Under the pieces are notes generated by a model that did no database searches, had not been told where the DNA came from, and worked only from the letters and a program-made list of their open reading frames with translations. Of a DNA stretch of 64,000 nt, positions 9,539-20,723 are shown one piece after another. Source of the DNA: Sediminibacterium sp. (GTDB lineage Bacteria; Bacteroidota; Bacteroidia; Chitinophagales; Chitinophagaceae); the NCBI GenBank assembly GCA_965283985.1, contig CBDIQK010000015.1, forward strand, positions 381 to 64,380. Reading direction: 5' to 3'. The translations under genes were made by a program, and so were the position numbers. Each line of letters starts with the position of its first letter. Position 1 is the first letter of the stretch.

Positions 9539-12122
9539 ATGAGAAAGTATTTTCTTTCACTTGCGTTGCTGGCTACAACTGTTAGTTTTGCCCAACGACC
9601 ACAGAATCCAACACCTAGTCCTACTCCGGGTACCCCTGGAACCGGTGCACCAACATTGAGTGGCATCCCAGGATTTGGCGGTGCAGCAGCTCCTAGAACG
9701 GCGCCAAGACCTTATAAAGATGTAATTACTGAAAAAGCAATTACTAAGAAAGGTCTTTTTACGGTACACAAAGTAGACGACAAATATTATTTTGAAATTG
9801 CTGACAGTATTTTGGGCCGAGAAATACTATCAGTTGTTCGTTTTATTAAAGTGCCTGCTGGTGCAGGTTACGGCGGTTCTATGGCCAATGGTCGCGGTCA
9901 AATGATCAGCTTTGAAAAAGGGCCAAGTAATACCATCTTTTTAAGAACTGTTACACTTGTGAATACTGCGGACAAAGACCAAGACATTAATAAAGCAGTA
10001 GACCTTTCTAACTTAAACGCTATTGCAAATGCATTTCCAATAGCTGCATTTAGCAAGGATTCTAGCGGGGTAGTAATTGATGTAACAGATTTTTTTAAAG
10101 GCGATAATCAAGCAGTAAGTATCAGCCCAAATACTAAAAGAGGTTTGAATCTGAGCATTTTGGCTGCTGATCGTTCTTTTATTTCTAAAATCACTACTTA
10201 TCCAATTAACACAGAAATAAGAACAGTAAAAACGTATACTGCTACTCCTTCTGTTGGAGGATTTGGCGCACCCGCTTTTCCTGGAGCTCCTACCTCTATT
10301 CAAGCTGCTAATGAAGCTGGTGCCGTTACAGTGGAATTAAACACTTCTTTATTACTTCTTCCAAAAGACCCCATGGAGAGAAGGATTGCCGACAAAAGAG
10401 TTGGTTTTTTCACCCGCAATTATGTAAAATTTAGTGATAATCAACAAGAAGTAGAAAGAGTAGAATTTGCCGTTCGTTGGAGATTAGAACCAAAAGATGG
10501 TGAGTGGGAAAAATGGCGTAAAGGAGAATTGGTTGAGCCTAAAAAGCCAATTGTGTACTATGTTGACCCAGCCACTCCTAAGCAATGGCGTAAGCATTTA
10601 ATTGCTGGAGTAAATGATTGGCAAGCTGCATTTGAAAAAGCAGGTTTCAAAAATGCCATTATGGGTAAAGAATGGCCTGAGAATGATACTACCATGAGCA
10701 TGGAAGATGCCCGTTTCTCTGTGATCAGATACTTAGCTTCTGACATAGAAAATGCATCTGGTCCAAATAACAATGATCCAAGAAGTGGAGAAATTTTAGA
10801 AAGCCATATTCAATGGTACCACAACGTAATGAAGTTGGTACACGATTGGTATATGGTTCAAACAGCTGCTGTAGATGCTGGTGCAAGAAAAATGAAATAT
10901 GATGATGATTTAATGGGCGACTTAATTCGTTTTGTAAGTCAGCTCATGAAATTGGACATACACTTGGGCTTCGACATAACTTTGGTTCTTCTTCAACTAC
11001 GCCTGTAGAAAAGCTAAGAGATAAAGCATGGGTGGAAGCAAATGGACACACTGCATCAATTATGGATTATGCCCGTTTTAATTATGTAGCTCAACCAGAA
11101 GATAATATTTCACAAATAGGATTGTTTCCACGCATTGGCGATTATGACAAATGGGCTATTGAATGGGGCTACCGTTGGTTTCCAGGTAAAACAGAAGAAG
11201 AAAGAAAAACCAATAGCAGTAAAATGATAACTGCTGCATTAAAAGAGAACCCACGTCATTGGTTTGGTACATATGAGCAAGGCAATAGTGCAGATCCAAG
11301 AAGCCAAAGTGAAGATTTGAGCGACAATGCTGTAAAAGCTTCTGAATATGGTATCATGAATTTAAAAAGGGTTTTGAAAGGATTACCAGAATGACCGAAT
11401 ACGGTGAATTTGATCAATACGAAAACATCAGTGGTCGAAGTGTTCATATTGGGTCAGTTCAGAAGGTATATGGGACATGTAACTGCCAATGTTGGTGGTG
11501 TTTATGAAACTTTTAAAGTAGCTGAACAAAATGAAGCTGTTTATGAAGTAACTCCTAAAGCCCGTCAGAAAGAAGCGGTTGCGTTTTTAAATAAACAAAT
11601 ATTTGAAACACCTAATTGGTTGATTGATCGTGAACTATGGAACAAGTTTAATAATCCTGTTTCTAATGATCCCATTATGTCTGCCCAAGATGGTGTATTA
11701 GGTAGTTTAATCAGCCCTACAAGATTGGGTCGTTTGCAATTAGCTAGCAATCGTTTTGGCGTTGATAAAGCATATAATGCAATGGAGTTATTAAATGATG
11801 TTCAGACTGGTTTATTCAGCGAATTGAGTTCTAAAAAACCATTGATCAATACCGTAGATTATTACAAATGAGTTATGTAGACAAGTTGGTAGATATTCTT
11901 AATCCTCCATCAACTGCTGGTTCAATAACAATAACTATTGGTGGTAGAGGTGGCGCTTCTTTAGATATTAATAAAAGCGATGTTCCTGCAATTGTAAGAG
12001 CACAATTAGTTGCACTTCGCGCTCAAATTAATACTGCTGCTGCCGGTTTTGGCGATAAGTTGAGCAAGGTACATTTGCAAGACTTGTCAGAAAGAATCAA
12101 ACAAGGTTTGGATCCTAAATAA
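9539..12122 (+). CDS. secreted zinc-dependent metalloprotease (DUF5118/DUF5117/DUF4953 Met-zincin type), frameshifted
   Basis: Signal peptide, GLFTVHKVDDKYYFEI, KKPIVYYVDPATP, DPRSGEILESHI and SIMDYARFNYVAQPED. The zinc motif AHEIGHTLGLRHN reads in a shifted frame at about 10942-10980. Confidence 0.88.
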
Positions 12123-12138
12123 TCCAAAACAAATAGTT

Positions 12139-12174
12139 AAAAAAACCGTCCCGTTAAACCGGGGCGGTTTTTTT
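12139..12174 (+). terminator. intrinsic terminator (likely bidirectional)
   Basis: A-run, ACCGTCCCG..CGGGGCGGT stem, then a T-run. Confidence 0.8.
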
Positions 12175-12202
12175 ATTGTTGGTATACAAAGGCTCTATTT
12201 GA

Positions 12203-12210
12203 TAACTTTG
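12203..12210 (+). promoter_or_regulatory. -7 box TAACTTTG, 4 nt before ATG 12215
   Basis: Exact TAnnTTTG match. Confidence 0.6.
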
Positions 12211-12214
12211 TAAA

Positions 12215-12934
12215 ATGAACCAGATGAGAAACTTGCTGCTTTTATTGTCTTTGCTAATACTTACCAATGTCAACGCTCAGAAAAACAAAACCCTGATTGG
12301 TTATTTGCGTGACAGTATTACCCATGCACCGGTGGTCTTAGCCAGCATTAGCAATAACAATACCGGTCAGATAGTAATGACCGGTAACACTGGTAGGTTC
12401 AAACTCAATGTTAAGCCCAATGATATTATTTCATTTGCAGCAGTAGGATACCATTTTGATACGGTACAATTAACGCGTAATTTTTTAGAAAAAGACAGTA
12501 TTGATTTATTTGTTTCTCCCCTATCCCATGACTTGGGTAATGTAACTGTTACCTCAAAAGGCATGAGTGCCTATCAAATGGATAGCTTAGAAAGAAGAAA
12601 TGATTTGTTGCACGATATGGTCTCTTATAAGAAACCCACTTTTGCACTATCCAATAGTGGAGCAGGATTAGGAATAAGTATAGACAGATTCTCCAAACAC
12701 GAGAAAAGCAAAAGAAGGGCTTTGGACTTTTTTGAAAAAAATGAAAAAGAAGCCTATATCAATTATAGATATTCCCAACAATTGGTTGCTGAAAGTACCG
12801 GATTTAAAGACGATACACTCAGACAATTCATGCAACAAAGCAGACCGTCTTATGAATGGCTAAGAAGTAATCCTTCGGATGAAGACATCCGCTACTATAT
12901 CAACGGACATCTGAAACAATTTAAGAAAGAATAG
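12215..12934 (+). CDS. secreted protein with carboxypeptidase-like regulatory domain
   Basis: Signal peptide, then GYLRDSITHAPVVLASI..TGNTGRFKL..ISFAAVGY..LGNVTV, the CarboxypepD_reg-like pattern. Confidence 0.7.
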   Translation: MNQMRNLLLLLSLLILTNVNAQKNKTLIGYLRDSITHAPVVLASISNNNTGQIVMTGNTGRFKLNVKPNDIISFAAVGYHFDTVQLTRNFLEKDSIDLFVSPLSHDLGNVTVTSKGMSAYQMDSLERRNDLLHDMVSYKKPTFALSNSGAGLGISIDRFSKHEKSKRRALDFFEKNEKEAYINYRYSQQLVAESTGFKDDTLRQFMQQSRPSYEWLRSNPSDEDIRYYINGHLKQFKKE

Positions 12935-12943
12935 ACTCCTATA

Positions 12944-14224
12944 TTACTCGTAACGCAGTGCAACAATTGGATTGAGTTTGGCAGCTTTCATTGCTGGGTA
13001 AATACCTGCGGCCAAGCCAACCACGGAACAGATGACTATTCCAATAATGACCCAGGCCCAAGGCACTACAAAACCGGTCTTGAGAATTATGGAGAATAGG
13101 TTTCCCACTAGCACACCTAAGATGATGCCGAAAAGTGCACCCAGCAAAGAAATGATCAAACTTTCAAAAAGAAATTGCTGACGCACGTTCTTGCTTCTTC
13201 CACCAATTGCTTTGATCAAGCCCACTTCTTTGGTGCGTTCGTTTACAGCCACTAACATGATATTCATTAGACCAATGGCAGCACCTATCAAGGTAATCAA
13301 ACCAATGGCACCAGCAGAGCCTGTAATACTACTTAAGAAACCTATAAAGAGTTCAGCAAACTTGTCACTTTTCTCAATGACAAAATTATCGTCATCAGAA
13401 GGATGCAGTTTTCTCACCGCACGGAATACAGATGTTGCTTCACCAGAAGCCACGTCCAATTCTTTTACATTACCCACCATTACCCCAACTAAATAAGAAG
13501 GGCTGCTATTGGCAAATCTTCTCAGGTTGGTATAGGAAGTAAAAATCATATCGTCTTGACGCAACATGGCACTAGATCCCTTGGTCTTTAGTAAACCAAT
13601 TACCCTATAAGGAACAGAACCAATACGAATGATTTTTTCAATAGATTTTTCTGGCTTGTCACCAAATAATTTGGTAGCCACATTGGCTCCTATTAGGCAC
13701 ACATTTCTTCCACTTTGAATGTCTAAGCCATTCAGGTTTCTTCCTTGTGCTATGTTATATCCGTTAACCTGTAAATAATTTTCGTCTCCACCCCAGAGCG
13801 TGATTTGAGGGTTGGTTTTCTTTTCTTGGTAATGAATTTCTTGGGAACTAGGACCTCTTCTATAAATGGTTGTGATAGATCCAGGATAAGCAAAACCTGC
13901 TTTAAAGTATTCCGCGTCTTCTTTTCTAATGGGTTTACCAAGATTAGACTTTTTCTCTTTCTTGCCTCTTTTGGTTTTGGACATATCTCCATCACCACCT
14001 CCACCACCCATACGAACCCTAGATTCCTTATAACGAATACTAAAGGCATTGGCACCCATAGAAGAGAAACTCTCCTTCAGGCTCTGGTTCATGGCTTCAA
14101 TAGCGGTAATAATGCCAATCAAGGCCATAATACCAAAAGCTATAATAGCAACTGTGATGCTGGTTCTAAGTTTGTTACTCTTAACCGTGCGCCAAGCTAA
14201 ATTAAAGGAATCAAGTGTGGTCAT
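12944..14224 (-). CDS. ABC transporter permease (MacB/FtsX family)
   Basis: NKLRTSIT, a periplasmic domain, AIGLMNIMLVAVNERTKEVGLIKAIG, QQFLFES and YPAMKAAKLNPIVALRYE. Confidence 0.92.
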   Translation of the reverse strand: MTTLDSFNLAWRTVKSNKLRTSITVAIIAFGIMALIGIITAIEAMNQSLKESFSSMGANAFSIRYKESRVRMGGGGGDGDMSKTKRGKKEKKSNLGKPIRKEDAEYFKAGFAYPGSITTIYRRGPSSQEIHYQEKKTNPQITLWGGDENYLQVNGYNIAQGRNLNGLDIQSGRNVCLIGANVATKLFGDKPEKSIEKIIRIGSVPYRVIGLLKTKGSSAMLRQDDMIFTSYTNLRRFANSSPSYLVGVMVGNVKELDVASGEATSVFRAVRKLHPSDDDNFVIEKSDKFAELFIGFLSSITGSAGAIGLITLIGAAIGLMNIMLVAVNERTKEVGLIKAIGGRSKNVRQQFLFESLIISLLGALFGIILGVLVGNLFSIILKTGFVVPWAWVIIGIVICSVVGLAAGIYPAMKAAKLNPIVALRYE

Positions 14225-14309
14225 GCAGTATAAATTAATCCGTCAATACCTTAAAGGTAATTGAGATTGCCCGTTTCAGGGAAACTGCCCGAATAAATAT
14301 GAAGAGCGG

Positions 14310-15698
14310 TTAAAAATAGAAATAATTGAGCAATACAGAGGGTAGCAGACCAATCAAAACTATTAAACCTGCTACCAAGAGCAATCCAATTTTAAATCCG
14401 CCAGTGATTTCTGAGGTCTCCGCAGCGCCATCTTTGAAGTACATAGCCTGTATTACTCTGAAATAATAATACACGCTCACAGCGGCAAATAAAACAGCTA
14501 CAATCACAATCCAAAGTGCTCCACCCGCTTTAACTACGGCAGCCAACATATAGTATTTGGCAAAAAATCCAGCAGTCAAAGGAATCCCTGACAAGGATAA
14601 TAAACAAATGGTAGTAGCTAATGCCAAAACAGGTTGGCTTTTGGCTAGACCATTGAATCCATCAAGGGTATAATCTTTCATTTTAATCAATACGGCAAAC
14701 ACCCCAATCGTAGCTAAGCTATAAGCAGCGGCATACAAAAGAATCCCTTCTTTTGCCAAGTCATTCATTGCGTATAAGGAAAGCATCATAAACCCTGCCT
14801 GAGCTATGCTGGAGTAGGCTAACATTCTTTTTACACTTTGCTGAAATACGGCGGTAATATTTCCTATTAACAGGGTTGCAATAATCACAAAAGACAATAA
14901 GATTTTCCAAGTAGCACCCATTAAATCGCTCTGCGATTCAAACAATCGCATAAAGGCAAAAAAGCCAGCTGCTTTTACCACAGTTGCCATAAAGGAAGTG
15001 AATACAGATGGTGCTCCATCATATACATCGGGTGTCCAGAAATGAAATGGCGCTGCCGATACTTTAAAACACATGGAAACAAACAAGAGAATCAAACCAG
15101 CAACGGTAAGGAAAGACACTTTAGGAATACCACCCACGGTCATTTCTGGAATGCCTGGATTAATTCCAAAACTTCCACTACCGCCATAGATCAGGGCAAT
15201 TCCCATGAGCATGATGCCGGTTGAAAAAGAACCCATCAATAAATATTTCAGAGAAGCTTCGTTGCTTTTTAAATTTTTCTTGTCTGCGCCAGTTAAAATG
15301 TACAATGGAATAGACATGATTTCAACGCCTAAGAACAACATTAATAAACCGTTGAAAGAAGTAAGAATGGTAACACCACAAAGCACAAAGAACACCAAAG
15401 CAAAATACTCTGCAGGATGCACTCCCGTGTTCTCAATATCCTTTCCGCTTAATAACACATAAATGAGGGTAGCAACAATGGCAATGGTATTAAAGAAAAT
15501 ACCAAACTGCTCAAAATGCAAAAGGTTATGCGTGTCTACCTGAATCACGTATTTACCATAGGACTGCAGTAGGTTGGCTACCAACAATAAAATAAGACCG
15601 GCAGCAGCCAGGTGCTTCATCAGGGATTTGTTCTGAAAGATGATGCCACTTAACATCATCACTACACCCATTAAAGCCGAAACAATGATTGCGTTCAT
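14310..15698 (-). CDS. nuoN: NADH-quinone oxidoreductase subunit N
   Basis: EASLKYLLMGSF, FKVSAAPFHFWTPDVYDGAP and KRMLAYSSIAQAG. Last gene of the nuo operon. Confidence 0.96.
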   Translation of the reverse strand: MNAIIVSALMGVVMMLSGIIFQNKSLMKHLAAAGLILLLVANLLQSYGKYVIQVDTHNLLHFEQFGIFFNTIAIVATLIYVLLSGKDIENTGVHPAEYFALVFFVLCGVTILTSFNGLLMLFLGVEIMSIPLYILTGADKKNLKSNEASLKYLLMGSFSTGIMLMGIALIYGGSGSFGINPGIPEMTVGGIPKVSFLTVAGLILLFVSMCFKVSAAPFHFWTPDVYDGAPSVFTSFMATVVKAAGFFAFMRLFESQSDLMGATWKILLSFVIIATLLIGNITAVFQQSVKRMLAYSSIAQAGFMMLSLYAMNDLAKEGILLYAAAYSLATIGVFAVLIKMKDYTLDGFNGLAKSQPVLALATTICLLSLSGIPLTAGFFAKYYMLAAVVKAGGALWIVIVAVLFAAVSVYYYFRVIQAMYFKDGAAETSEITGGFKIGLLLVAGLIVLIGLLPSVLLNYFYF

Positions 15699-15737
15699 AA
15701 CTATTTATCTTAAAAGCTTTAAAAAAGCCCCATTCAT

Positions 15738-17165
15738 TTATCGTTGTACAAAAATAGCGTCTACTGTATCCTTGGTAAGATTGATCATTGGTTGAGGATA
15801 CAATCCCATCACCAATACCAATACTACCAAAATGCCCAATGCCAATTGCGTATTAAAACTAAGGTCTACGGCATTGGTTACTTTCTCTGCAACCTGACCA
15901 TAGAATACTTTTTGAATCATATTCAGGGTATATACCGCTGCCAAAATAATGCTAATACCAGCAATGGCAGTGATCCATACATTGTATTGGAATAGTCCGT
16001 TAAACATTAAGAATTCACCCACAAAAGCATTGGTTAAAGGAAGGGCCACATTGGCTAATGCCATCAACACCAACAATACCGCTAATACGGGAGCTTTTTG
16101 TGCAAGACCGCCTAACTCACTCATCTTTCTAGTACCTAATTGTTGCTCAATGATATCTGCTACAATCCAAAGACCAATCACGTTAACACCGTGGTTAAAC
16201 ATTTGAATCATTACCCCTTCTAAGCCAATACGGTTTTGAACAAAAATAGCAGCACACATTAAACCAATATGCGCAATAGAAGAATAAGCAATTAAACGCT
16301 TGATATCGTCTTGTCTAATAGCAATTAAGGAAGCATAGATCATACCTGTTACAGAAAGTATGATAACAAACATGGCATGACCACTAACTGCATCAGGTAC
16401 CATGGGTAATAACCAGCGAATCACTGCGTAGATCCCCATTTTCACCATTACCCCACTCAAAATCATGGTAGTAGCCGTTGGCGATTGCTCATAAGCATCA
16501 GGCTGCCAAGTATGTAGTGGGAAGATGGGCATTTTAATAGCAAAAGCAATAAAGAACAATGCAAATACATAAGCTTGTTCCTTAGCCATCAATTTTACAT
16601 GATAGAAAGATTCTAAAGCAAAACTGTGATCGGCTGTTTTGGAATAAACGAAGAGAATCCCTATCAACATTAACAAGGAACCAATAAACGTGTATATAAA
16701 GAATTTGAAAGTAACAGCAATTCTACGTTCACCGCCCCAGATAGAGCAAAGAAAATAAACGGGGATTAAAGCCAACTCCCAGAAGAAATAAAACAACAAT
16801 GCGTCTGATGCTAGGAACACACCCATTAAACCAGCTTGGGTTAAAAGCATCAAGCCATAAAAAGCGCCGGATTTTTGATAGCTATTGTTATAAGTAGCTG
16901 CAAATACAACAGGAAAAGAAATGGCAGTTAGTAAGCAAAGCATTTTTGCCATGCCGTCTTGCATTAAACTAAACCTACTTCCCAGTGCTGGTAACCAAGC
17001 TGCATCATAATGAAGTGCACCTTTGCTAAAAACTGCTACCAAGGCCAATGCCAATGTTGCAATAGAAGATACCAGGGCCAAGGCCTTGGATGCCGGCGAA
17101 TCTTTTAGCAGCAATACTGCTAGTCCGCTAAGCAATGGAATGGATATGAGTAATAGAGGAATCAT
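15738..17165 (-). CDS. nuoM: NADH-quinone oxidoreductase subunit M
   Basis: FYFFWELALIPVYFL, AIKMPIFPLHTWQPDAY and KRLIAYSSIAHIG. Confidence 0.96.
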   Translation of the reverse strand: MIPLLLISIPLLSGLAVLLLKDSPASKALALVSSIATLALALVAVFSKGALHYDAAWLPALGSRFSLMQDGMAKMLCLLTAISFPVVFAATYNNSYQKSGAFYGLMLLTQAGLMGVFLASDALLFYFFWELALIPVYFLCSIWGGERRIAVTFKFFIYTFIGSLLMLIGILFVYSKTADHSFALESFYHVKLMAKEQAYVFALFFIAFAIKMPIFPLHTWQPDAYEQSPTATTMILSGVMVKMGIYAVIRWLLPMVPDAVSGHAMFVIILSVTGMIYASLIAIRQDDIKRLIAYSSIAHIGLMCAAIFVQNRIGLEGVMIQMFNHGVNVIGLWIVADIIEQQLGTRKMSELGGLAQKAPVLAVLLVLMALANVALPLTNAFVGEFLMFNGLFQYNVWITAIAGISIILAAVYTLNMIQKVFYGQVAEKVTNAVDLSFNTQLALGILVVLVLVMGLYPQPMINLTKDTVDAIFVQR

Positions 17166-17183
17166 ATTATTTCTTTAATGCTA

Positions 17184-19121
17184 CTAGGCCATTTTAAATA
17201 AACGAGTCAGATAATAAACAATGGTAAGGTCATTGAACCAAATCAAAATAAATACTACAATGGCCAATACCATAATGATTAAGTAATTACCTACTTGACC
17301 ACTTTGAATTAAACGCAATTGACGAGAACCATATCCAACCAATCGGCCAACACCATTTACCGCGCCATCAATCAAGTTTTTCTCAATGATATTTTTGAAG
17401 AAACCAGCTAGATGGTGCAAAGGATTTACAATAACGGCATTGTATAATTCATCTACATACCATTTGTTTTCAAGTAATTTGGCTACACCGGTATTTTCTG
17501 CACTATTAGCTTGGTATTTTTTAAAGCTATTGATAGTGGATATAATTACCGCAATAATCAGTAAAGTAGAAACACCTAATAAAATCCATTCTTGTGAGGC
17601 TTCTACATGATGGGCTTCTGCAATAGCTGCAGAACCAGCAAAAATAGGAGCCAAGAAATGTTCCAGGCTATGAGCGTCTTTGGCAAATAATTCAGGAATT
17701 CCAATCAAACCACCAACAACAGAAAGAAAGGCCAAGACTATCAATGGAATGGTCATAGCTGCAGGGCTCTCGTGTAAGTGATGTTCTTGTTCATGAGTAC
17801 CTCTAAACCCGCCTAAGAAAGTAAGGGTATACAACCGGAACATATAAAAAGCAGTCATAAGCGCACCACCCAATCCAACATAATAATACAATGGATTTTT
17901 TCCGTAAGCCGCCATCAAGATTTCGTCTTTAGAGAAGAAACCAGAGAATGGAGGAATACCCGCAATGGCCAAACAAGCCAATAAGAAAGTAATATGGGTA
18001 ATGGGTAAGTGTTTTTTCAATCCGCCCATGTTACGAATATCCTGTTCGCCGCCCATTGCATGAATAACACTACCGCTACCGAGGAACATCAGGGCTTTGA
18101 AGAAAGCATGTGTCATTACATGGAATACGGCAGCTGTATAAGCACCGCAACCTAATGCAAGAAACATAAATCCCAACTGGCTGACAGTAGAATAAGCCAA
18201 TACCTTTTTAATATCGTTTTGCTTAATCGCAATGGTGGCAGCAAAAATAGCCGTAGACAATCCTATAATGGCTACCAGTGTTTGTGTGCCTGGCGCCATG
18301 GTATAGAGGATATTGCTACGTGCAATCATATAGATACCAGCGGTAACCATGGTTGCAGCGTGGATCAAAGCAGAAACTGGTGTAGGACCCGCCATAGCAT
18401 CGGGTAACCAAGTGTACAAAGGAATCTGTGCACTCTTACCCATGGCTCCCACAAATAACAAAGTGGTGATAGCAGTAATATCAAAGGCAGACAATTTTGC
18501 CAGACTAGCCGCACTAAATACGTCTGTGTAAGTAGCTGTTCCTAATTTGAAAATTAACCAGAATACCGCCAATAAAAATCCAAGATCACCAATCCGGTTC
18601 ATGATAAAGGCTTTCTTAGCTGCATAGTTGTAGTCATTGTTTTTAAACCAATAACCAATGAGCAAATAAGAGCAAAGTCCAACGCCTTCCCAACCAATAA
18701 ACATGATGACATAGTTGGAACCAAGAATCAATAACAACATAGAGAACACAAACAAATTCAGGTAAGCAAAATACCTGCCGTAGTGTTGGTTCTCTTCTTC
18801 GTGCATATAAGCAGTGGAATAGAGATGAATTAAAAATCCAATTCCCGTAATAATTAACAAAAACAGAGAAGACAATTGGTCAACCTGAAAAGCAAATGGA
18901 ATCACCAATCCTTTAACATCAATGAAAGGAAACAGTGTCACTACCGATGCACCATTAGACTTGACGTCTAAGAAGACCAATACACTTACCACAAAGGAAG
19001 CCAATACAGCCCCACTGCCCACTATACCAATCAGGGATTTGGACAGTTGCTTCCTACCCAATCCGTTGATCAGGAAACCGAGCAGGGGAAACAGCGGAAT
19101 CAAATAAACTAGTTTGCTCAT
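17184..19121 (-). CDS. nuoL: NADH-quinone oxidoreductase subunit L
   Basis: GWEGVGLCSYLLIG, GKSAQIPLYTWLPDAMAGPTPVSALIHAATMV and HAFFKA. Confidence 0.97.
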   Translation of the reverse strand: MSKLVYLIPLFPLLGFLINGLGRKQLSKSLIGIVGSGAVLASFVVSVLVFLDVKSNGASVVTLFPFIDVKGLVIPFAFQVDQLSSLFLLIITGIGFLIHLYSTAYMHEEENQHYGRYFAYLNLFVFSMLLLILGSNYVIMFIGWEGVGLCSYLLIGYWFKNNDYNYAAKKAFIMNRIGDLGFLLAVFWLIFKLGTATYTDVFSAASLAKLSAFDITAITTLLFVGAMGKSAQIPLYTWLPDAMAGPTPVSALIHAATMVTAGIYMIARSNILYTMAPGTQTLVAIIGLSTAIFAATIAIKQNDIKKVLAYSTVSQLGFMFLALGCGAYTAAVFHVMTHAFFKALMFLGSGSVIHAMGGEQDIRNMGGLKKHLPITHITFLLACLAIAGIPPFSGFFSKDEILMAAYGKNPLYYYVGLGGALMTAFYMFRLYTLTFLGGFRGTHEQEHHLHESPAAMTIPLIVLAFLSVVGGLIGIPELFAKDAHSLEHFLAPIFAGSAAIAEAHHVEASQEWILLGVSTLLIIAVIISTINSFKKYQANSAENTGVAKLLENKWYVDELYNAVIVNPLHHLAGFFKNIIEKNLIDGAVNGVGRLVGYGSRQLRLIQSGQVGNYLIIMVLAIVVFILIWFNDLTIVYYLTRLFKMA

Positions 19122-19175
19122 AATATCTTTCTAGCGGGTTTAACCTTTTAAAATACCGTAGGTTATTCCCTGATT

Positions 19176-19514
19176 TTAGTTTTTCAATCTGTTCAAAAAG
19201 TTAATGTCAACCGAATGCGTATTTCTGTACAACATCACAATAATGGCTAGACCCACGCTTACTTCTGCAGCTGCAACTACCATGATAAAGAAAACAAACA
19301 ACTGACCATCGGTACCTACCGTGGTGGCCAGTTTATCATTGGCCATGGCAAAAGCCAAGTGCATTTTGGAAAATGCTACCAACAAAAGGTTTACAGAATT
19401 TAGCATGAGTTCAATACACATAAACACAATGATGGCATTGCGGCGTGTAAGTACTCCAATAATCCCAATGCTGAATAGGGTTAAACTTAGGTAGATATAA
19501 TATTGTATTGGCAT
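19176..19514 (-). CDS. nuoK: NADH-quinone oxidoreductase subunit K
   Basis: [20 protein letters not shown] and [12 protein letters not shown]. Confidence 0.96.
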   Translation of the reverse strand: MPIQYYIYLSLTLFSIGIIGVLTRRNAIIVFMCIELMLNSVNLLLVAFSKMHLAFAMANDKLATTVGTDGQLFVFFIMVVAAAEVSVGLAIIVMLYRNTHSVDINFLNRLKN

Positions 19515-19568
19515 GGTCTCTATAAATTACTGCATTGCTGCAGGTGAATGATTGTTTTACTAGGCTTG

Positions 19569-20072
19569 TTATTCTTTTTTTCCAATGACGATAGCTCCAA
19601 TCATGGCACTCAAAAAGAGTACACTGGTTATTTCAAATGGCACTACATAATCACTAAATAAGAGTTTGCCCAAATTTTTGATCAGTCCAATATCTCCAGT
19701 ACTGGTCATGGCTTTTTTAGCGTGTAAATCTGTTGCTTGTCTAACTAGAGAAACAAAAACCATTAATAAGCATCCGCCAGAAATAACACCTGCCAGCTTC
19801 ATCCACAAATTCTTCTGTGGTTCGGTTTCTGCATTCAAGTTCATCAACATGACCACAAATAGGAATAATACCATAATGGCACCTGCATAAACAATCATGT
19901 TTACAATAGCTAAGAACTGCGCGTTCAATAAAATATAGTGTCCAGAAATGGCAAAGAATACCGCTACCAACCACAATACAGAATGTATGGGGTTCTTGCT
20001 AATCAATACCATGATTGCGCTAAAGATGGCCAGAGCGCTAAGGAAAAAGAATAATATTTCGGTTGTATTCAT
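19569..20072 (-). CDS. nuoJ: NADH-quinone oxidoreductase subunit J (alternative start 20090)
   Basis: KNPIHSVLWL, VYAGAIMVLFLFVVM and PFEITSVLFLSAMIGA. Confidence 0.95.
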   Translation of the reverse strand: MNTTEILFFFLSALAIFSAIMVLISKNPIHSVLWLVAVFFAISGHYILLNAQFLAIVNMIVYAGAIMVLFLFVVMLMNLNAETEPQKNLWMKLAGVISGGCLLMVFVSLVRQATDLHAKKAMTSTGDIGLIKNLGKLLFSDYVVPFEITSVLFLSAMIGAIVIGKKE

Positions 20073-20131
20073 TGCTTGTGAATTAGTCATTAACAGCGGT
20101 GATCCGCCACCAATCTCATTTCATTCGTTGA

Positions 20132-20674
20132 TCAATTATTTCTAGGGCTACCCTTTGCTTTGGCATATCCTTCAGGATCTGTTTTCACATTTGGGATCAC
20201 CATTTCATCTTTTCCATAAATAAAACCTTTGCGGTTGTAGTTAGCAGGCGCAAAAGTTTCACTCAAGTAAATAGCATCTTTGGGGCAGGCTTCTTCACAC
20301 AAACCACAGAAAATGCAACGCAGCATATTGATTTCATATTTTGCTGCATATTTTTCTTCTCTGTACAAATGCTCTTCTCCTGGTAGTCTTTCAGCAGCTT
20401 CCATAGTAATGGCTTCTGCAGGACAAGCCACAGCGCATAATCCACAGGCGGTACAACGCTCTCTTCCTTCTTCGTCACGGTTGAGTACGTGCAATCCACG
20501 GAATACAGGACTAAATTCCCTTTTCTGTTCCGGATAACGGATAGTGGGTTGCTTTTTGAAAATATGGCTAAACGTGATGCTCATTCCCTTGAAAATAGCG
20601 GGAAGGAACAAGCGCTCTGCTAAGCTCATTGGCTTGCGGCTCACTTGTACGGATCTACTGGTTAATGCCTCCAT
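20132..20674 (-). CDS. nuoI: NADH-quinone oxidoreductase subunit I
   Basis: Two 4Fe-4S motifs, CTACGLCAVACP and CIFCGLCEEACP. Confidence 0.96.
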   Translation of the reverse strand: MEALTSRSVQVSRKPMSLAERLFLPAIFKGMSITFSHIFKKQPTIRYPEQKREFSPVFRGLHVLNRDEEGRERCTACGLCAVACPAEAITMEAAERLPGEEHLYREEKYAAKYEINMLRCIFCGLCEEACPKDAIYLSETFAPANYNRKGFIYGKDEMVIPNVKTDPEGYAKAKGSPRNN

Positions 20675-20723
20675 GTTTCTAATCTCTTTTAAACTATTTG
20701 TTGCATGACACGCATGCTAATCA

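Noticed and set aside
11390-11400. In-frame TGA in the metalloprotease as possible Trp/Sec recoding
   Set aside because: The surrounding sequence is garbled by indels, intact genes here use TGG for Trp, and TGA serves as a normal stop elsewhere in the window.
19300-19375. Insertion in the NuoK loop (and the His-rich NuoD N-terminus at about 26000-26031)
   Set aside because: Short in-frame variable loops or termini with no evidence of special function.
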